Part shown: positions 10,101 to 19,535 of the stretch, in pieces
How positions within the stretch are numbered: position 1 is the stretch's first letter
How the letters are laid out: the number at the start of each line of letters is the position of its first letter
Virus record (IMG/VR): IMGVR_UViG_2579778687_000002
From: an uncultured virus (IMG/VR IMGVR_UViG_2579778687_000002)
Lineage: Duplodnaviria > Heunggongvirae > Uroviricota > Caudoviricetes
DNA length: 64,000 nt
Direction: 5' to 3' (one strand)
Position numbers and translations under genes: made by a program
Notes under the pieces: generated by a model
The model's database searches: none
The model's input: only the letters and a program-made list of their open reading frames with translations
What the model was told of the DNA's origin: nothing

Positions 10101-13100
10101 TCACATCGTCGGCGACCTTCTCCAGGCGCGCGGCCAATTTCTTCAGGCCGTCCACATCCGCCATCTGGCGCGCCAGGCTCGCTAGGTCGGAGCGCATGGC
10201 GGTGTAGCTGGGGAAGGTGGAGTAGTCCACCGTCTCGGCGTCCACCGGCTCGCCGCGGTGTTTCTCCTGCTCGCCGTAAGTCGGGTACTTCGCACGAATC
10301 TGCGCGTCCTTCGCATTGCGCAGTTCCCGCGCCAGGAACTCCACTTGCACTTTCTGCCGCACGGTGTCCAGGAACTTGGCCTTGCCGCCCTCGATGGCAT
10401 CGGCCAGGTTGTTCATGGTGGCGGCCAGTGCCTTGTCGGACCGCGCAGAGGCCTCAGCGCGGGCGGCCATCCGCGCACGGCGCTCGGTGTTCTGCTTGCG
10501 CTCGCGATTCAGCGCTTCATCGGCCCGCTCGTTGAGGGCCTGAGCCATGGTGCGCAGTCGCTCGGCGGCGCCCTGACTGCGGTCATCCTCGAAGGCGTCG
10601 CGGCGCGCTTCTGCAACGGCCTGCGCGTCGGCGGTGTCGCCTGTCACCAGCTTACGGAATGCTTCGGCCGCCTCGCGGGTGCGGAACTGGAAGCCGGGGA
10701 CGGCGCCATTCCCACGATAACTGCTGTAGCTGCCGCCCAGCCGCTTCGCCGAATTGTTCAGGGTGTCGTAGTCCTCGCGGCTGACGCGCTCGGCCAGTTG
10801 GACCACGAACAGATCATGCCCGTGCTTGGTGTGCTTCGTCTCGATGATGTCGCCGGCCGTAGTCTGCCCGGCGCTGGCTACGCGGGTCTTGGCCTGTGCC
10901 TTGGCCTGCCCACGCAGGGCCTTGGTGCTCTCAGCCTCCAGTTCGTCGTAGCGAATACGCTGTTCCGGCGTCAGGCGCATGAACGCCTCCCGCAGGGACT
11001 CCCCGTGCGTCTCCATGTTGTAGCTCACTGCCTGGCGGAACTCGGCGAGGGTCTGCGGGTTGGCGACAGCCTTCTGCTGCGCTGCCCGGCGGGCCTGGAT
11101 TTCCTGCTGCGCCTCGGCGACCTCGGCGGCGTGCGCCTTGATGTCGTCGTCGGTGGTGTTCGCCACCAGCTCGGCCAGCGCGCTGGCCTTGGCCTGGCGG
11201 TGCGCTTCGAGGCCAGCAGCCGACATCACGTAGCTGCTCGGGCCGTAGCTGCGGCCCAGCGCAAATTCCTCCAACACGCGACCGGCCAGGGCATCGACAA
11301 TCGCTGCCTTCTTCTCGTTGCGGTAGCGGTGGAAGAAGCTGTAGCCGCCTGACTTCAGCAGGTCATCCTTCTTCATATTGCCCAGCTCGGCCACCAGGGC
11401 GTCGCGGGCGTTCTGCGTACGCTCGAATGCCTGGCGGAACTCGTCGGCGGTCGCCTCCCCGCTGCGCACGCGCTGCATGAGGGCTACATGCGCATCGAGC
11501 GACGGGGTTTTCGAATCGCTGGGCTGCGCGGGCTCGGGCTCGGGCTTGGGTGCCTCTGCCGGTTCGGACTGGGGCCGGGCTGCATCCTCGGCGCGCACGA
11601 AATCGACCAGTTCACGCACGCGGCGTTTCGACTCCGGCACGCTCATGCCGCGCTCACGGAACAGCGTCGCCAGGTCGAACTTGTCGCTGGTCAGCACGCT
11701 GCCATCGGTCGGCGTCAACTTAATGCTGGTCGGGTAGCCATCCTTGCCGAAGTTCACCCCGGCAAGGTGCGCGGTCTTGGTGATCGCCACCGGCTCGCTG
11801 CCCTTCTTCCAGGACAGAATCCTGCGCATCAGGCTGCGGTCCCCGTCTTCCTTGCGCTGCGCCTTGTCGGCGCGGGCCTGCTCGGCGGCCTGGCGATCTG
11901 CCGCCTTTTCCTCGTCGGTACGGGCGTCCAGGGCCGCCTGGCGCACGCGATCCTGATTGGCCTTCTGCCAGGCCACGAATGTGTCGATGGCGCGGTCGTA
12001 GGCGCTGTTGCGCCTGTCCGCCTGCTTGCTGTTCAGTCCAGAACGCCCGACAACATAGCCGCTGTAGGTGCCGGCGCGCACGTTCATCAGGCGCCGGTAC
12101 TGGGCCAGGTAATCGGCCCGCAATTCTCGTGTGGCTTGCTCCACGGCCGCCTGCTGAGCATCGGTGCGTGCCACGACAGCGCCCGCATCGCGGGCCACGT
12201 CGATGTAGGTCTGGAACTCATCCGCATCGGACTTCGCTCGCTGGCTGCTGCTGTTCGAGATACCGGAGTAGCTGGCTGCGGCTTCCTTCAAGGGGAACTC
12301 ATCGGCGGTTGGCGCCCCCTGTGTTGCGATACGGCCGGCCGGGCCGCGCTTCATGTCGCGCGCATCCGGCGCCGTCATGTGAGTGCGCTCGCTCTCGCCC
12401 GGGACATCCACCCAGGTGTCGCCTTCCTTGCGTACACTGCGCACCGTGACGGTCCAGCTTCCCGATTCGGTCGGGTTGTAGCTGATAACCCTGTCGTAGT
12501 TGGCGCCGTAACCTCGCACCACGTTGCCGGGGGTGAAGTATTCGGCGCGGGCCTGGGCCTCGGCCTGTAACCTCTTTGCCAGCACGCCGCGCGGCTTCTT
12601 CTTAGGCACATCAGGAGCTGCTGGCTCAGGCTTGGGCCTCACCTGCTTCGCTTCAACCGTGGCGCCCTGCCCGCTGCTGGCATCGGTGGTGGAACTGGGA
12701 AATTCGTGGGCCAGTTTCACCAGGTCGCGGATGGGGGCATCCAGGCGGATCACCTTCACCTCTTCGCCGTTGTCGCGGGCCGCCATCCACTGGTGATGGC
12801 CGTCCAGCACATGGCCGTCACGCGACACCAGAATGGAGCGGTTGCCACCTTCGAAGCCCTTGGCCTTCGCCACCTTATCCCGGCTGAACTCCGCCTGCGT
12901 CGGTTTGAGGGTATCTGCGGGAACTGTCTCTTCCTGATGCTGCACGCCACGAGCGCTCAGGAAGTTCACCATCGCGCCGCGGTGCTCGGCCTTGATCTGC
13001 GGCATGTCGGCGCGAGGGATACCCGCGGTGCCCGATTCCTTGCTGAACTCCGCCCAGCCTTCGCCGATGTCCTTGCCTTCGATGCTCGGGGCCTTCTGCG

Positions 13101-15471
13101 CGGCCTGCTCGGACGGCATCACCAGCGTGCCGCCGAACTGCGCCATGTCCGCGTCGGTGCGGGTCTTGCTCTTCTGGAACCACGCACCGCGCCCGATCCA
13201 TTCATTGGTGCCGGTCTTTTCCCAGTACAGGCCCTTCTCCGGCGCGTGCTCACTCGGGCGGCGGCGGGTGCCGATGGCCTCACCGGACAGTTCCTGCTCG
13301 AGCTTCGCCTTGGATGCCTGCTGGCCAAGATCCAAGGTGCGCTTGGTTTCGCGCGCCTGGAGCTGGCGCATTTCGGTGTCCAGCGGGCGCATGGCATTGG
13401 TCAAGCGCTCCACTTCGGAAGTGTTGCCGCCCTCGCGCGCCGCCTTCAACTGCGGAACCATGGCATTGAACTGCTGCGCCAGGTCGGCGTAGCGTGCTTG
13501 ATCGGCGGCGGGTGCGGCGGTCTGCTGGACCGGCTCGGCCTTCGGCGCTTGCGCCTTGTCCTGGCGCACCTTGGCGATGGCGTCTTTCAGGTTGGACGGC
13601 TTCGCGGCCTCTATCGCAGGCGCAGACGCGGCCGGTACGGATTCCGCTGCCGGCGCCGGCGATGCAACCGGTTGTGCGGCTTGCGCCTGCTGCGTGTCAG
13701 CCTTGCCTTGGGCCTGCTGGATGTCGTCCTGCACACCGATTGGCGTCGGGGCTTGCTGCTGCGCCGCCTGGTCCAGGGCGAAGCCGCGAGCACGGGCGGC
13801 TAGCTCCACCCGGCCAGCGGCGTTCTGGTGGCGCTGCTCATCCTGCTGATCCTCGGCGAGGATCGCGGCAATTTCATCGGGGCTCTGCGCGGCCTCGATA
13901 CGCTTCACGCGCTCACCGACGCGCTGCATGTAGCCGGCATCCGGCGGTGGCGCGAGCTTGTCCAGTTCTTCCTGCAAGCGATCGCGCTCGGCGATTTTCT
14001 TCGCGTCCCATCCAGTGGCACGGGCTTGCCGGCGAACAAATTCCAGGCGGCCCTGCAGATCGGTGACAGGATCTGATGCCAACAGATCACCCTGCTCCGC
14101 AGTAATCTCACCGGTTTCCGGGTTGACCTGTTCGCCTTTCCTGCCGCTCTTCTGTGCCTCCTCGGCAGCCTGCTGGAGCGCGGCCTGCTGCACAAACTGG
14201 TCAGTTGCGCCACTGTCCACGGCCTGCGCAGCAGCACCAGAAAGTGGCCCAGTAGCCGGATCCAGCCCCATCTGCTCGGAGCGCTTTGGGGCCGCCGGGA
14301 CCGGAGTCACATCGGTGACTTCCCCTCGACGGATTCGGTCCAGACGTTCAGCCTCTTGCTGACGCTGTACCTGGGTAGCGGAGTTCTGGTCGACCGTGGT
14401 CCGGACCTGGCCGTCAGAACCAGCCTCATACACTGGAGCTGGGAGTGCCAGTGGCGCAGTTGCCTCGGTCTGCCCCTCAAGGACTGGGGTACTCTCGAAG
14501 GTGGCGTCCGCATCCGTCAAGCCACGGGATGCGGCCGGCTGACCGCCATGCAGAACCGCCGCCGGCCCGCCCATAGCCATCCCGGCCAGCGTTCCCATTA
14601 CCATCGCTTCATCCAGGCCGCTCGCCCAGTCCCGCCCCAGCGCCAGGTTTTGCAGAACCTGCTCAGATGCGGACTGTGGCAGTTCCTCAAGGAAGCCCTC
14701 GGAGATTGCGCCCTCTATCACCTTTCGCGGAATACTCTTCGCCGGCATGGACGCCAGTTCGCTGACCAGTTGTCCTGGGTTGGCACCACCAGCGAGGAGG
14801 GTATCCGCATCACCGATACCCAGTTTCTTGGCCAAGCTACCGCCGGCAAGGGAAAACAGGCTTCCCAACACACCAGTGGCCACCGCGGCTCCCGACTGCG
14901 CCGGAGTGAGCAAGCCGTCATCAGTTTCTTGGCGGATCTGCTCTGCTTGCTGACCAGCCATCACCGCCCCTTCGCCAGCCGCGCCGGCTGCCACAGGTGC
15001 CAACGCTGGAGCCAGCGCCCGAACGCCACGACCGACCGCGCCCCCCGCCAACATGGAAGGCAAAGACTCCGCTACGGTGTTCACGACCATCGACGGGTTC
15101 TGTACAGCATGCAGCGTCTTGTCTACGACGCCATCAGCATCCTGAAAGTCCTGCTGTTGCTGTTTGTACTGATCGGTGTGTAGATCACTCAGGAAATCCT
15201 TCGCCTCCCGGGGCCGGAAGCCGAGCATGCCGTCCTGATTCTCGAGGAACTTACCTACGCGGCCCTCTGTTGGGATATCAGCGAGGCCAACAGCCGCTTC
15301 CGGAACCCCAATCACCCCCTTGGCCACGGATAGGCCAAGGTCGCGCGCATGCCCGATCAGGCCTCTTCCCTCCTCCTTCGTCTCGCCACCGAACTCCTCC
15401 CACGGCTTCTCGCCACCAGTTACTGGCTGTTGAGACGCGAACTCTTCCCATGGCTTGCTGGTATCGGCCAT
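4144..15471 (-). CDS. giant polyvalent internal virion (ejection-type) protein: ParB-like, N6-adenine MTase, LPD23-like, two HExxH, PLxRFG domains
   Basis: 3775 aa from MADTSKPWEEF; motifs VLDGHHQW, FFPT/VLEPSAGMG/NPPF, GKWRFEISD, HELQH, HEMVH, YAPLSRFG; ATG overlaps upstream stop. Confidence 0.88.
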   Translation of the reverse strand: MADTSKPWEEFASQQPVTGGEKPWEEFGGETKEEGRGLIGHARDLGLSVAKGVIGVPEAAVGLADIPTEGRVGKFLENQDGMLGFRPREAKDFLSDLHTDQYKQQQQDFQDADGVVDKTLHAVQNPSMVVNTVAESLPSMLAGGAVGRGVRALAPALAPVAAGAAGEGAVMAGQQAEQIRQETDDGLLTPAQSGAAVATGVLGSLFSLAGGSLAKKLGIGDADTLLAGGANPGQLVSELASMPAKSIPRKVIEGAISEGFLEELPQSASEQVLQNLALGRDWASGLDEAMVMGTLAGMAMGGPAAVLHGGQPAASRGLTDADATFESTPVLEGQTEATAPLALPAPVYEAGSDGQVRTTVDQNSATQVQRQQEAERLDRIRRGEVTDVTPVPAAPKRSEQMGLDPATGPLSGAAAQAVDSGATDQFVQQAALQQAAEEAQKSGRKGEQVNPETGEITAEQGDLLASDPVTDLQGRLEFVRRQARATGWDAKKIAERDRLQEELDKLAPPPDAGYMQRVGERVKRIEAAQSPDEIAAILAEDQQDEQRHQNAAGRVELAARARGFALDQAAQQQAPTPIGVQDDIQQAQGKADTQQAQAAQPVASPAPAAESVPAASAPAIEAAKPSNLKDAIAKVRQDKAQAPKAEPVQQTAAPAADQARYADLAQQFNAMVPQLKAAREGGNTSEVERLTNAMRPLDTEMRQLQARETKRTLDLGQQASKAKLEQELSGEAIGTRRRPSEHAPEKGLYWEKTGTNEWIGRGAWFQKSKTRTDADMAQFGGTLVMPSEQAAQKAPSIEGKDIGEGWAEFSKESGTAGIPRADMPQIKAEHRGAMVNFLSARGVQHQEETVPADTLKPTQAEFSRDKVAKAKGFEGGNRSILVSRDGHVLDGHHQWMAARDNGEEVKVIRLDAPIRDLVKLAHEFPSSTTDASSGQGATVEAKQVRPKPEPAAPDVPKKKPRGVLAKRLQAEAQARAEYFTPGNVVRGYGANYDRVISYNPTESGSWTVTVRSVRKEGDTWVDVPGESERTHMTAPDARDMKRGPAGRIATQGAPTADEFPLKEAAASYSGISNSSSQRAKSDADEFQTYIDVARDAGAVVARTDAQQAAVEQATRELRADYLAQYRRLMNVRAGTYSGYVVGRSGLNSKQADRRNSAYDRAIDTFVAWQKANQDRVRQAALDARTDEEKAADRQAAEQARADKAQRKEDGDRSLMRRILSWKKGSEPVAITKTAHLAGVNFGKDGYPTSIKLTPTDGSVLTSDKFDLATLFRERGMSVPESKRRVRELVDFVRAEDAARPQSEPAEAPKPEPEPAQPSDSKTPSLDAHVALMQRVRSGEATADEFRQAFERTQNARDALVAELGNMKKDDLLKSGGYSFFHRYRNEKKAAIVDALAGRVLEEFALGRSYGPSSYVMSAAGLEAHRQAKASALAELVANTTDDDIKAHAAEVAEAQQEIQARRAAQQKAVANPQTLAEFRQAVSYNMETHGESLREAFMRLTPEQRIRYDELEAESTKALRGQAKAQAKTRVASAGQTTAGDIIETKHTKHGHDLFVVQLAERVSREDYDTLNNSAKRLGGSYSSYRGNGAVPGFQFRTREAAEAFRKLVTGDTADAQAVAEARRDAFEDDRSQGAAERLRTMAQALNERADEALNRERKQNTERRARMAARAEASARSDKALAATMNNLADAIEGGKAKFLDTVRQKVQVEFLARELRNAKDAQIRAKYPTYGEQEKHRGEPVDAETVDYSTFPSYTAMRSDLASLARQMADVDGLKKLAARLEKVADDVTEAYTDWAKQNLLSVSRFTRGDQFADFKSREDAERAIRRSGLTGKAIVLPVKRGQNRIVMAPSEAMKLGLWQGDGDKRITLSGEFGGELVQALGRRSGSKITVPWALESAHEKRKRLESMGILTGSEYRSALREFVALREAPAEPDKIREMERSMIGRRNDGLDFFPTSAAVTEEAVDAADIQEGMDVLEPSAGMGHMADAIREQTGVEPDVVELSSERRELLEAKGYNLVGSDFMEVSGKQYDRIVMNPPFSKGRDIQHVQHAYSLLKPGGRLVAIMGEGAFFQSNKAAENFRAWLDGLGATSERLPEGSFMDPALPVNTGVNARMVVIDKPAAEESAAPQPGEQPPVQYSFAGRNAVGANLHALSTAQQRIAIGENAEAVRRDTGWHRSADGKWRFEISDHQASIAVAGETAGAIINMAHLNAINDERSRPTVGDVLNHPQLFAAYPDLQRIPVAVMPEGITALARLRRFATGNQVEVQANMPRTEVASAILHELQHAIQIREGFAMGGSARAFVSNFDKTGAATYRRLAGEVEARNTQARLKMTPRLRRDIAPDESADIPASQVLVSFNGRDIENGPLPQNLTGSPPMTSQSLVRAFDLQFPALGQAVRKMLKRGKEGQRGGLVVIDSADPLRIAHTYARKSGTALSDAVQLFEDGGRINGFYDARSGLTFLVGPNLNPVTAPAVVLHEMVHGQQRQNLDQAAHAMLMNRGNVRSAELRTFLDRVASRMIEAGESRNMKEAAPYIVEQAVIEGREQGFAEADSRFLSWVDSALGKQVGDFLRRFLANIRQWMLRHGLPVGRISVDDLVRYAMAGVESAAEGRVRGDGLAMSQDDMRKARVLQGPPVAILEGNEAPQGFAAVREWAAKLFESQGGKAVNPDLGDVVLDMRAVRDSMAHGKANPYKFSAFAAVKDVLERGVVVHRADYEKGESFYVSAPVVIDDKDDIVTVLVRRDPNMQRMYLHSVATKEYLLNRRVSGADAMMAAQPSGSSSSGDVASVLQRLLTASLNEPEGPQFSRSGLRELTSKATAELNKTFSAPGGLSWWHKTIGTMYNLAERSPAFKPVFESAQGFIDDVSYYASDAADLAPKLLPKLETWRDIAKSPVGAEDNKAVAKPVFEGTLMWARDVDGKPVRVDSLAERAMRLTADEKADILLKQGKIPEGLLRAWRGLSPEQFAKMIDSRYEAQMLKAGIVWTDAELRDIWKLNDAQVALYREFRAATDRSLDTMARADMLRFGGEDVKELRDQVMDAADAQEGAAILRDHLAQMADAWPERATNLLNLAHGMTDRAEKVAQLQGEGYAPLSRFGKYTVDVVGQDGQREYFSLFETKREANQMAEQMRGAFPGATVSQGTLSEEAYKLFAGITPETLELFGNALGFDSQGDSARDQAFQDYLRLTKTNRSAMRRLIHRKGIAGYSEDVGRVLASFVYSNARQTAAGLHMGDLSEAVNGIPQAQGELKDAAVRLADYIKNPQEEGQAVRGLLFAQYLGGSVASAFVNMTQPVQVTFPWLSQYGGVKRAAAELGRAARQMAQRSYQFEPDLARALKRAEDDGVVSPQEVHQLMAQARGAGSLRAGDGTRLGDARALASNSVARLSMAWGKLFGAAEQINRRMTYIASYRVAKAQNMANPDEFARRAVRETQFVYSKASKMRWGRGAVGGTLMTFKTYSVAYLELMHRLWNQGEPGSQERKDGRKAAALMIGMLLLVGGAGGLPFAEDAEDLIDGAAQLMGYNFSTAKAKQEFLEGLFGRVLADFIDRGVSGLPGAPLDVSGRLGMGNLIPGTGLLTEKTSHTRDVLEIAGPMGDFASRLASGTRKVLGGDIGSGILEMSPGAVRNAAKGVDMLATGMYRDAKGYKVLDTNVLEAAMKSIGFQPASVATIQGANMLNQKAKAFYNLKAQEIRSMWAAGIFEKDQGKVERARQAIADWNRRNPDQPMAIRVPDIMRRVREMSLSKDERIAKTAPKAMRQQMREDLERTRATLD

Positions 15472-17558
15472 TACACCTTCTCCCAATTATTCTGGTCGGC
15501 AGGGTTCCCTCCCTTGAACCGGTATCCACTTCGCACCTCACCAGTTCGCGGAGCGACGGGTTGCGCCGACTGCGTTTGCTGGTCGATAAATTGGCCGGTC
15601 TGGTTGTTGAGTACTCGTGCAGGGCGCGTCAGAAGTTGCATGGACTGCGGGTCGTACTCCTGGCCGCCAGGTACCACGGTGAAGCGATTCGGAGCGTCCT
15701 TACCAGCAAGCACACGAATCTGTTCGGCGATCGCGGCGCGGTCTTCGGGAGCAGCCTTGTCGTACTGCTCGTACAGCTTCTCGATGCGCTGGGCGGCGCG
15801 GGTTTGGAAACCCCTGGCCTCTTGCTCACCAGCCAGGCGCTGGCGATCGAGTTCGTTGGCGGCGAGGAAGCGCGCGCCCTGCCCCATTTCCTGTAGAGCC
15901 GCGCGCTGATTTGCGCCCTGCTGTTGCACCTGCTCCCGCACCAAGGCCGTGTCGTTATTCGCCCGAGTGCTCGCCAGGGACGTAGCATTGCGGTCATCGC
16001 TCTGCTGGAGCCCGAACAGGTTGTCGATCTGGCGGGCAGTTAACTGCCCGTTCGGCGAACCGCGATAAGGTGTTGAGGCTGCATTCAAGGCGGCCTGGCG
16101 AACGCTATCGGCCCGAGAGCTATCGGGAACCACGGTTACCCGAGGCGCGCCGGAGTTACCGGCGTTGTACTGAGCCAACGCGTCCGGGGCCATCGGCGGT
16201 ACCTGGGAGACAGAACTCGGCCTGAACCCCAAACCCACATCAGGCGTTCGGGCCAGCAGGTTCTCCACTGCGCGCTGGTTTTGGGCACTCCGCTGACCAC
16301 CTGGGGCGAACCCCGTAGCTTGAGCTTCCCCGTTAACGGTGTAGCCCGGGCGGATTGTTGTGCCGGAGAAGCTGTTGCCCACCCGTGTCACGTTGTTGGG
16401 CAGGTCCGAGCCACCGGCGCTTGGCATAGCAGTTCCAGTATTCGCCACCGACTCCAGCGCTCCGGTTGGCGCACCAGCAGCCGGCAACACCTGGCCTCGC
16501 CCGGGCGCAGCACTGGAACTTGGCGCCGCTGCACCCTGGGCTGCTTGCTGACCACGAAGCGCCGGCGGAGTGTCATCCCATCCGAATAGCCCTTTACCGA
16601 AGTTGATCACCGGTTCCGCCAATCGACCGACATCCTCTCCAGCATCAGCGAATGCTGCGGGAACCGCCGCAAGCGCCCCACGCACGCCGGTCCCAAAGCC
16701 ACGGGCATACTCACCCGATGCCCACTGCTGCGCTACGTCGTCGCCCGTCCCGCGGAGAACCGAGTCGGTTCGCCAGCCAGGCCCGTCAGTACGGTACTGC
16801 GGAGTGAAACCAGCCGCTTTGGATCGAGCAGGGCCCGTTACCGGTTGATCAAACTGAGCCTGCATCCTTGCCGCTCTGGCTGGGTCATTACCTTGTCGCG
16901 ATGGCGCGAAGCCTTGTGTCGACGGAATATCGGGCAGTGGTCCGGCCTGTGCAATGGCCTGTTGCTGCCGTGCCGCGTCCGAACGTGCCTGGGCGTTGGC
17001 GGTATAGAGATTGTCGCTGTATCCCGGCGCAACACCTGGCTGGAGCTTTGCAGCATCAGCAGTGCGCTGACGGTGCACAGCGAGAGCCTGCTGCTCGGCA
17101 TCGATGTTGGCCTGGGCCTTCGCCATGGTAGGGTTTGAGCTGTAGCCGCTGATGACCTGCTGCGGCCGCTTCCGTCGCTCTTCCACTACGCCACCGTCGG
17201 CAAAAAACATCTCCGGCTTGCCGGGGGCGCTCTTTTCCGGTTTGAAGCCATCGGAACTCCGATCCGCTGGGGTGTGCGTGGCATCCTTCATTGCATCCAG
17301 AGCCTTCACGCCAACGGCATGAACTTGTTCCGGAGGCAGTTGAAACTCGCCGTCGCTCAAGTTAACCGCTACCGGCGCCCCGAGCCCCCCAAGTGCTTCC
17401 TCGCCGATCGCTTCCGTGGAATCAGCCGGCATGATGTAGGAGCCCGCCGGAACTTCTGCTTTGATGTCGTCGGAGGTTCCGGTCCCCGGGCCAGTCACGC
17501 GCCCACCTTCAGCCAACTGCTGAACTTTGGATTTCGCGCCTTTCTTGAATCCGAACAT
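15471..17558 (-). CDS. probable internal virion/ejection protein
   Basis: 695 aa, Ala/Gln/Pro-rich, GPGTGTSDDI motif; precedes the giant protein. Confidence 0.75.
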   Translation of the reverse strand: MFGFKKGAKSKVQQLAEGGRVTGPGTGTSDDIKAEVPAGSYIMPADSTEAIGEEALGGLGAPVAVNLSDGEFQLPPEQVHAVGVKALDAMKDATHTPADRSSDGFKPEKSAPGKPEMFFADGGVVEERRKRPQQVISGYSSNPTMAKAQANIDAEQQALAVHRQRTADAAKLQPGVAPGYSDNLYTANAQARSDAARQQQAIAQAGPLPDIPSTQGFAPSRQGNDPARAARMQAQFDQPVTGPARSKAAGFTPQYRTDGPGWRTDSVLRGTGDDVAQQWASGEYARGFGTGVRGALAAVPAAFADAGEDVGRLAEPVINFGKGLFGWDDTPPALRGQQAAQGAAAPSSSAAPGRGQVLPAAGAPTGALESVANTGTAMPSAGGSDLPNNVTRVGNSFSGTTIRPGYTVNGEAQATGFAPGGQRSAQNQRAVENLLARTPDVGLGFRPSSVSQVPPMAPDALAQYNAGNSGAPRVTVVPDSSRADSVRQAALNAASTPYRGSPNGQLTARQIDNLFGLQQSDDRNATSLASTRANNDTALVREQVQQQGANQRAALQEMGQGARFLAANELDRQRLAGEQEARGFQTRAAQRIEKLYEQYDKAAPEDRAAIAEQIRVLAGKDAPNRFTVVPGGQEYDPQSMQLLTRPARVLNNQTGQFIDQQTQSAQPVAPRTGEVRSGYRFKGGNPADQNNWEKV

Positions 17559-17621
17559 GGGTAGCCCCTAATAGAAACGGCCTGATACCGGAGCATGATC
17601 CAGTGCCAGGCCGCATCGGGA

Positions 17622-17637
17622 CGAACCCTACGGGGGG
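17622..17637 (-). promoter_or_regulatory. late promoter motif copy upstream of ejection protein genes
   Basis: minus strand CCCCCCGTAGGGTTCG in the intergenic gap. Confidence 0.6.
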
Positions 17638-17639
17638 CG

Positions 17640-19535
17640 TCAGTAGTTGTAGTTGTAGCTGGTGGAAGTGCTTTCGCTCTTGCTTTCCGAACTGCTCGCG
17701 CTGCCGGAGCCACTGATACTAGCCGACACGTGCGCCGCTGACAGAGCGCCGGCCGCTAGCTGAGCGGTGTACTGCCCCAGGGCCTTCGCCGCCTCCAGAG
17801 CGATCTGCGCCTGCTGTACGGCGTTCTGCATCTTCGCGGTGTACTCGCTGATCTGCATTTCGGCGTAAGCGATGTTGGTCCGGCTGTTCATGTCGGCAAA
17901 GCGAGATTGCATTTCGGCGTCGGCCACGTTGGCGCTGGCCGCTGCGCGCCAGGCTTCTACCTGGGCCTGGAACACCGACGTGTTGTACTGCACCTCGCTC
18001 AGGTTGGCCTGCAGGGTGGCCTTGTAGGCGTCCACGTCCGCCAAGAACTTCGACACCTTGGTGCGCGCCGCCTCCATCTTGATCTGCGCGCCCTTGACCT
18101 TGACATCGGCCTTGTTCGCCAACCCCTGAATGGTCGAAGCGTAGGCGCGGGCCTGCGCATCGAGCACGTCCGCCTTGGCCGACTCGCCCTTGACGCGGGC
18201 CTCGTAGGCGTCGAACTTGACCTTCTCGGCGCCGATCTGCTCGGCATACGCCTGCACGTCTGCGCGGTAGGCGTCGAACTGGTTCTTGATCGTCTCGGCG
18301 CGCACGGATGCCCCCTGCATCAGCGCCTTGTAGACCTCGACGCTCGACTGTACGGCGTCCAGCTTGGCCTTGAACACCTCGACGCGCTGCTGGTTGATTT
18401 GCCCCAGCGCCACCTGGCCCTCCACGGCGGTCTTGTAGGCAGTCAGCTTGGAGATAGCCGCATCCAGCTTGGTGCGGTAGACCTGCGCCAGCGTCTCGAA
18501 GGCCGCGTTCTGCGCGTTGAACAGGCTGATCTGCGCGTTGAACACGTTGATCTGGCTTTCCGCGTGGAAGCGGGCGACCTCGAACAGGCGCTGCGCCATG
18601 TTCTGGTGCATGTTCTCGGTCAACTGCTCGAGGGCCAGGCCCTGCTGCACGGCGAAGCGCAGGTTCTCGATTTCCCAGGTGGCCGCTTGCACCAGGATGT
18701 CGCGGTTCAGTTCGGCCGCCTTCAGCCGGCCTTGCTCGCGCACCACATCTACCTGCCTGGCGAGCATCCCCGGCGGCATGGAGAAATTGCGGGCGGCCCA
18801 AGTATCGACCGCCTCCTGCACGGCGCGGGTGGTTTCGCCACTGTCGCGTTCGCGGGCACGGGCGAACAGTGCCTGTTCGATGGGCGCCGGCAGTCCGGTG
18901 CCGCCCGCCATCAGTTCCTTGATCTTCGCTTGCAACTCGTCCAGCACCTCGGACTGGTACTCCGGCTCCAGCCAGTTGATGAAGACGTTGGGCACCGTGA
19001 TCCCGCTCGCGTCCGGCGGCGTGGCGTCGAACGTAGGCAACTCGGGGAACTCGAATTCCGGCAGTCGGATCTGTTCCAGCGCTTCCATGTCCGGCATGGC
19101 GATCTGCGGCGCATCGGGAATCTCCACCGTTGTGTCGATGTCCGGGCGTTCCGGCACCGGGATGGCCGTCATGCTCGGCGCGTCCGGGATGTTGATCGGA
19201 ATCATTGTCGGCGCGTCGGGTAGGTCGTCCATGTCGCCCACATCCAGGTCGGCCAGCAGGTCGTCGATATTCAGGCCCCCAGGGGCTTCCGGCTTGACCA
19301 GCGGCGACGGGTTATAGGTCGGCTGCTCGCCCAGGTTGACGGGCGGCGGCGACGCGATAGGCGCATCCGGCCGCGTCGGTGCCGGCACATCCGCTACCGT
19401 AATGTTGCCGATGGCCGCCAGAGCTTCGCTGAGTTGCGCGCTGTAGTTGCGCGCCAGCGTGTCCAGGTCGTTGATTTTGTCGGTGACGGTTTCCACCGCC
19501 ACGCCAAGGATGCTGTCCGGTGCGATACCCATCAC
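17640..19535 (-). CDS. virion structural protein with long coiled coil
   Basis: 631 aa; Pro/Asp-rich N terminus, long Ala/Gln helical region. Confidence 0.75.
   Translation of the reverse strand: MMGIAPDSILGVAVETVTDKINDLDTLARNYSAQLSEALAAIGNITVADVPAPTRPDAPIASPPPVNLGEQPTYNPSPLVKPEAPGGLNIDDLLADLDVGDMDDLPDAPTMIPINIPDAPSMTAIPVPERPDIDTTVEIPDAPQIAMPDMEALEQIRLPEFEFPELPTFDATPPDASGITVPNVFINWLEPEYQSEVLDELQAKIKELMAGGTGLPAPIEQALFARARERDSGETTRAVQEAVDTWAARNFSMPPGMLARQVDVVREQGRLKAAELNRDILVQAATWEIENLRFAVQQGLALEQLTENMHQNMAQRLFEVARFHAESQINVFNAQISLFNAQNAAFETLAQVYRTKLDAAISKLTAYKTAVEGQVALGQINQQRVEVFKAKLDAVQSSVEVYKALMQGASVRAETIKNQFDAYRADVQAYAEQIGAEKVKFDAYEARVKGESAKADVLDAQARAYASTIQGLANKADVKVKGAQIKMEAARTKVSKFLADVDAYKATLQANLSEVQYNTSVFQAQVEAWRAAASANVADAEMQSRFADMNSRTNIAYAEMQISEYTAKMQNAVQQAQIALEAAKALGQYTAQLAAGALSAAHVSASISGSGSASSSESKSESTSTSYNYNY

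Noticed and set aside
4163..15896. Many long plus-strand ORFs opposite the giant gene (for example 6088-7116, 10258-11352, 12706-13803)
   Set aside because: Antisense shadows of GC-rich coding sequence; no recognisable motifs
17719..19317. Alternative-frame and antisense ORFs of 360, 438 and 266 aa
   Set aside because: Fully overlap the 631-aa structural gene; composition typical of off-frame or antisense GC-rich sequence
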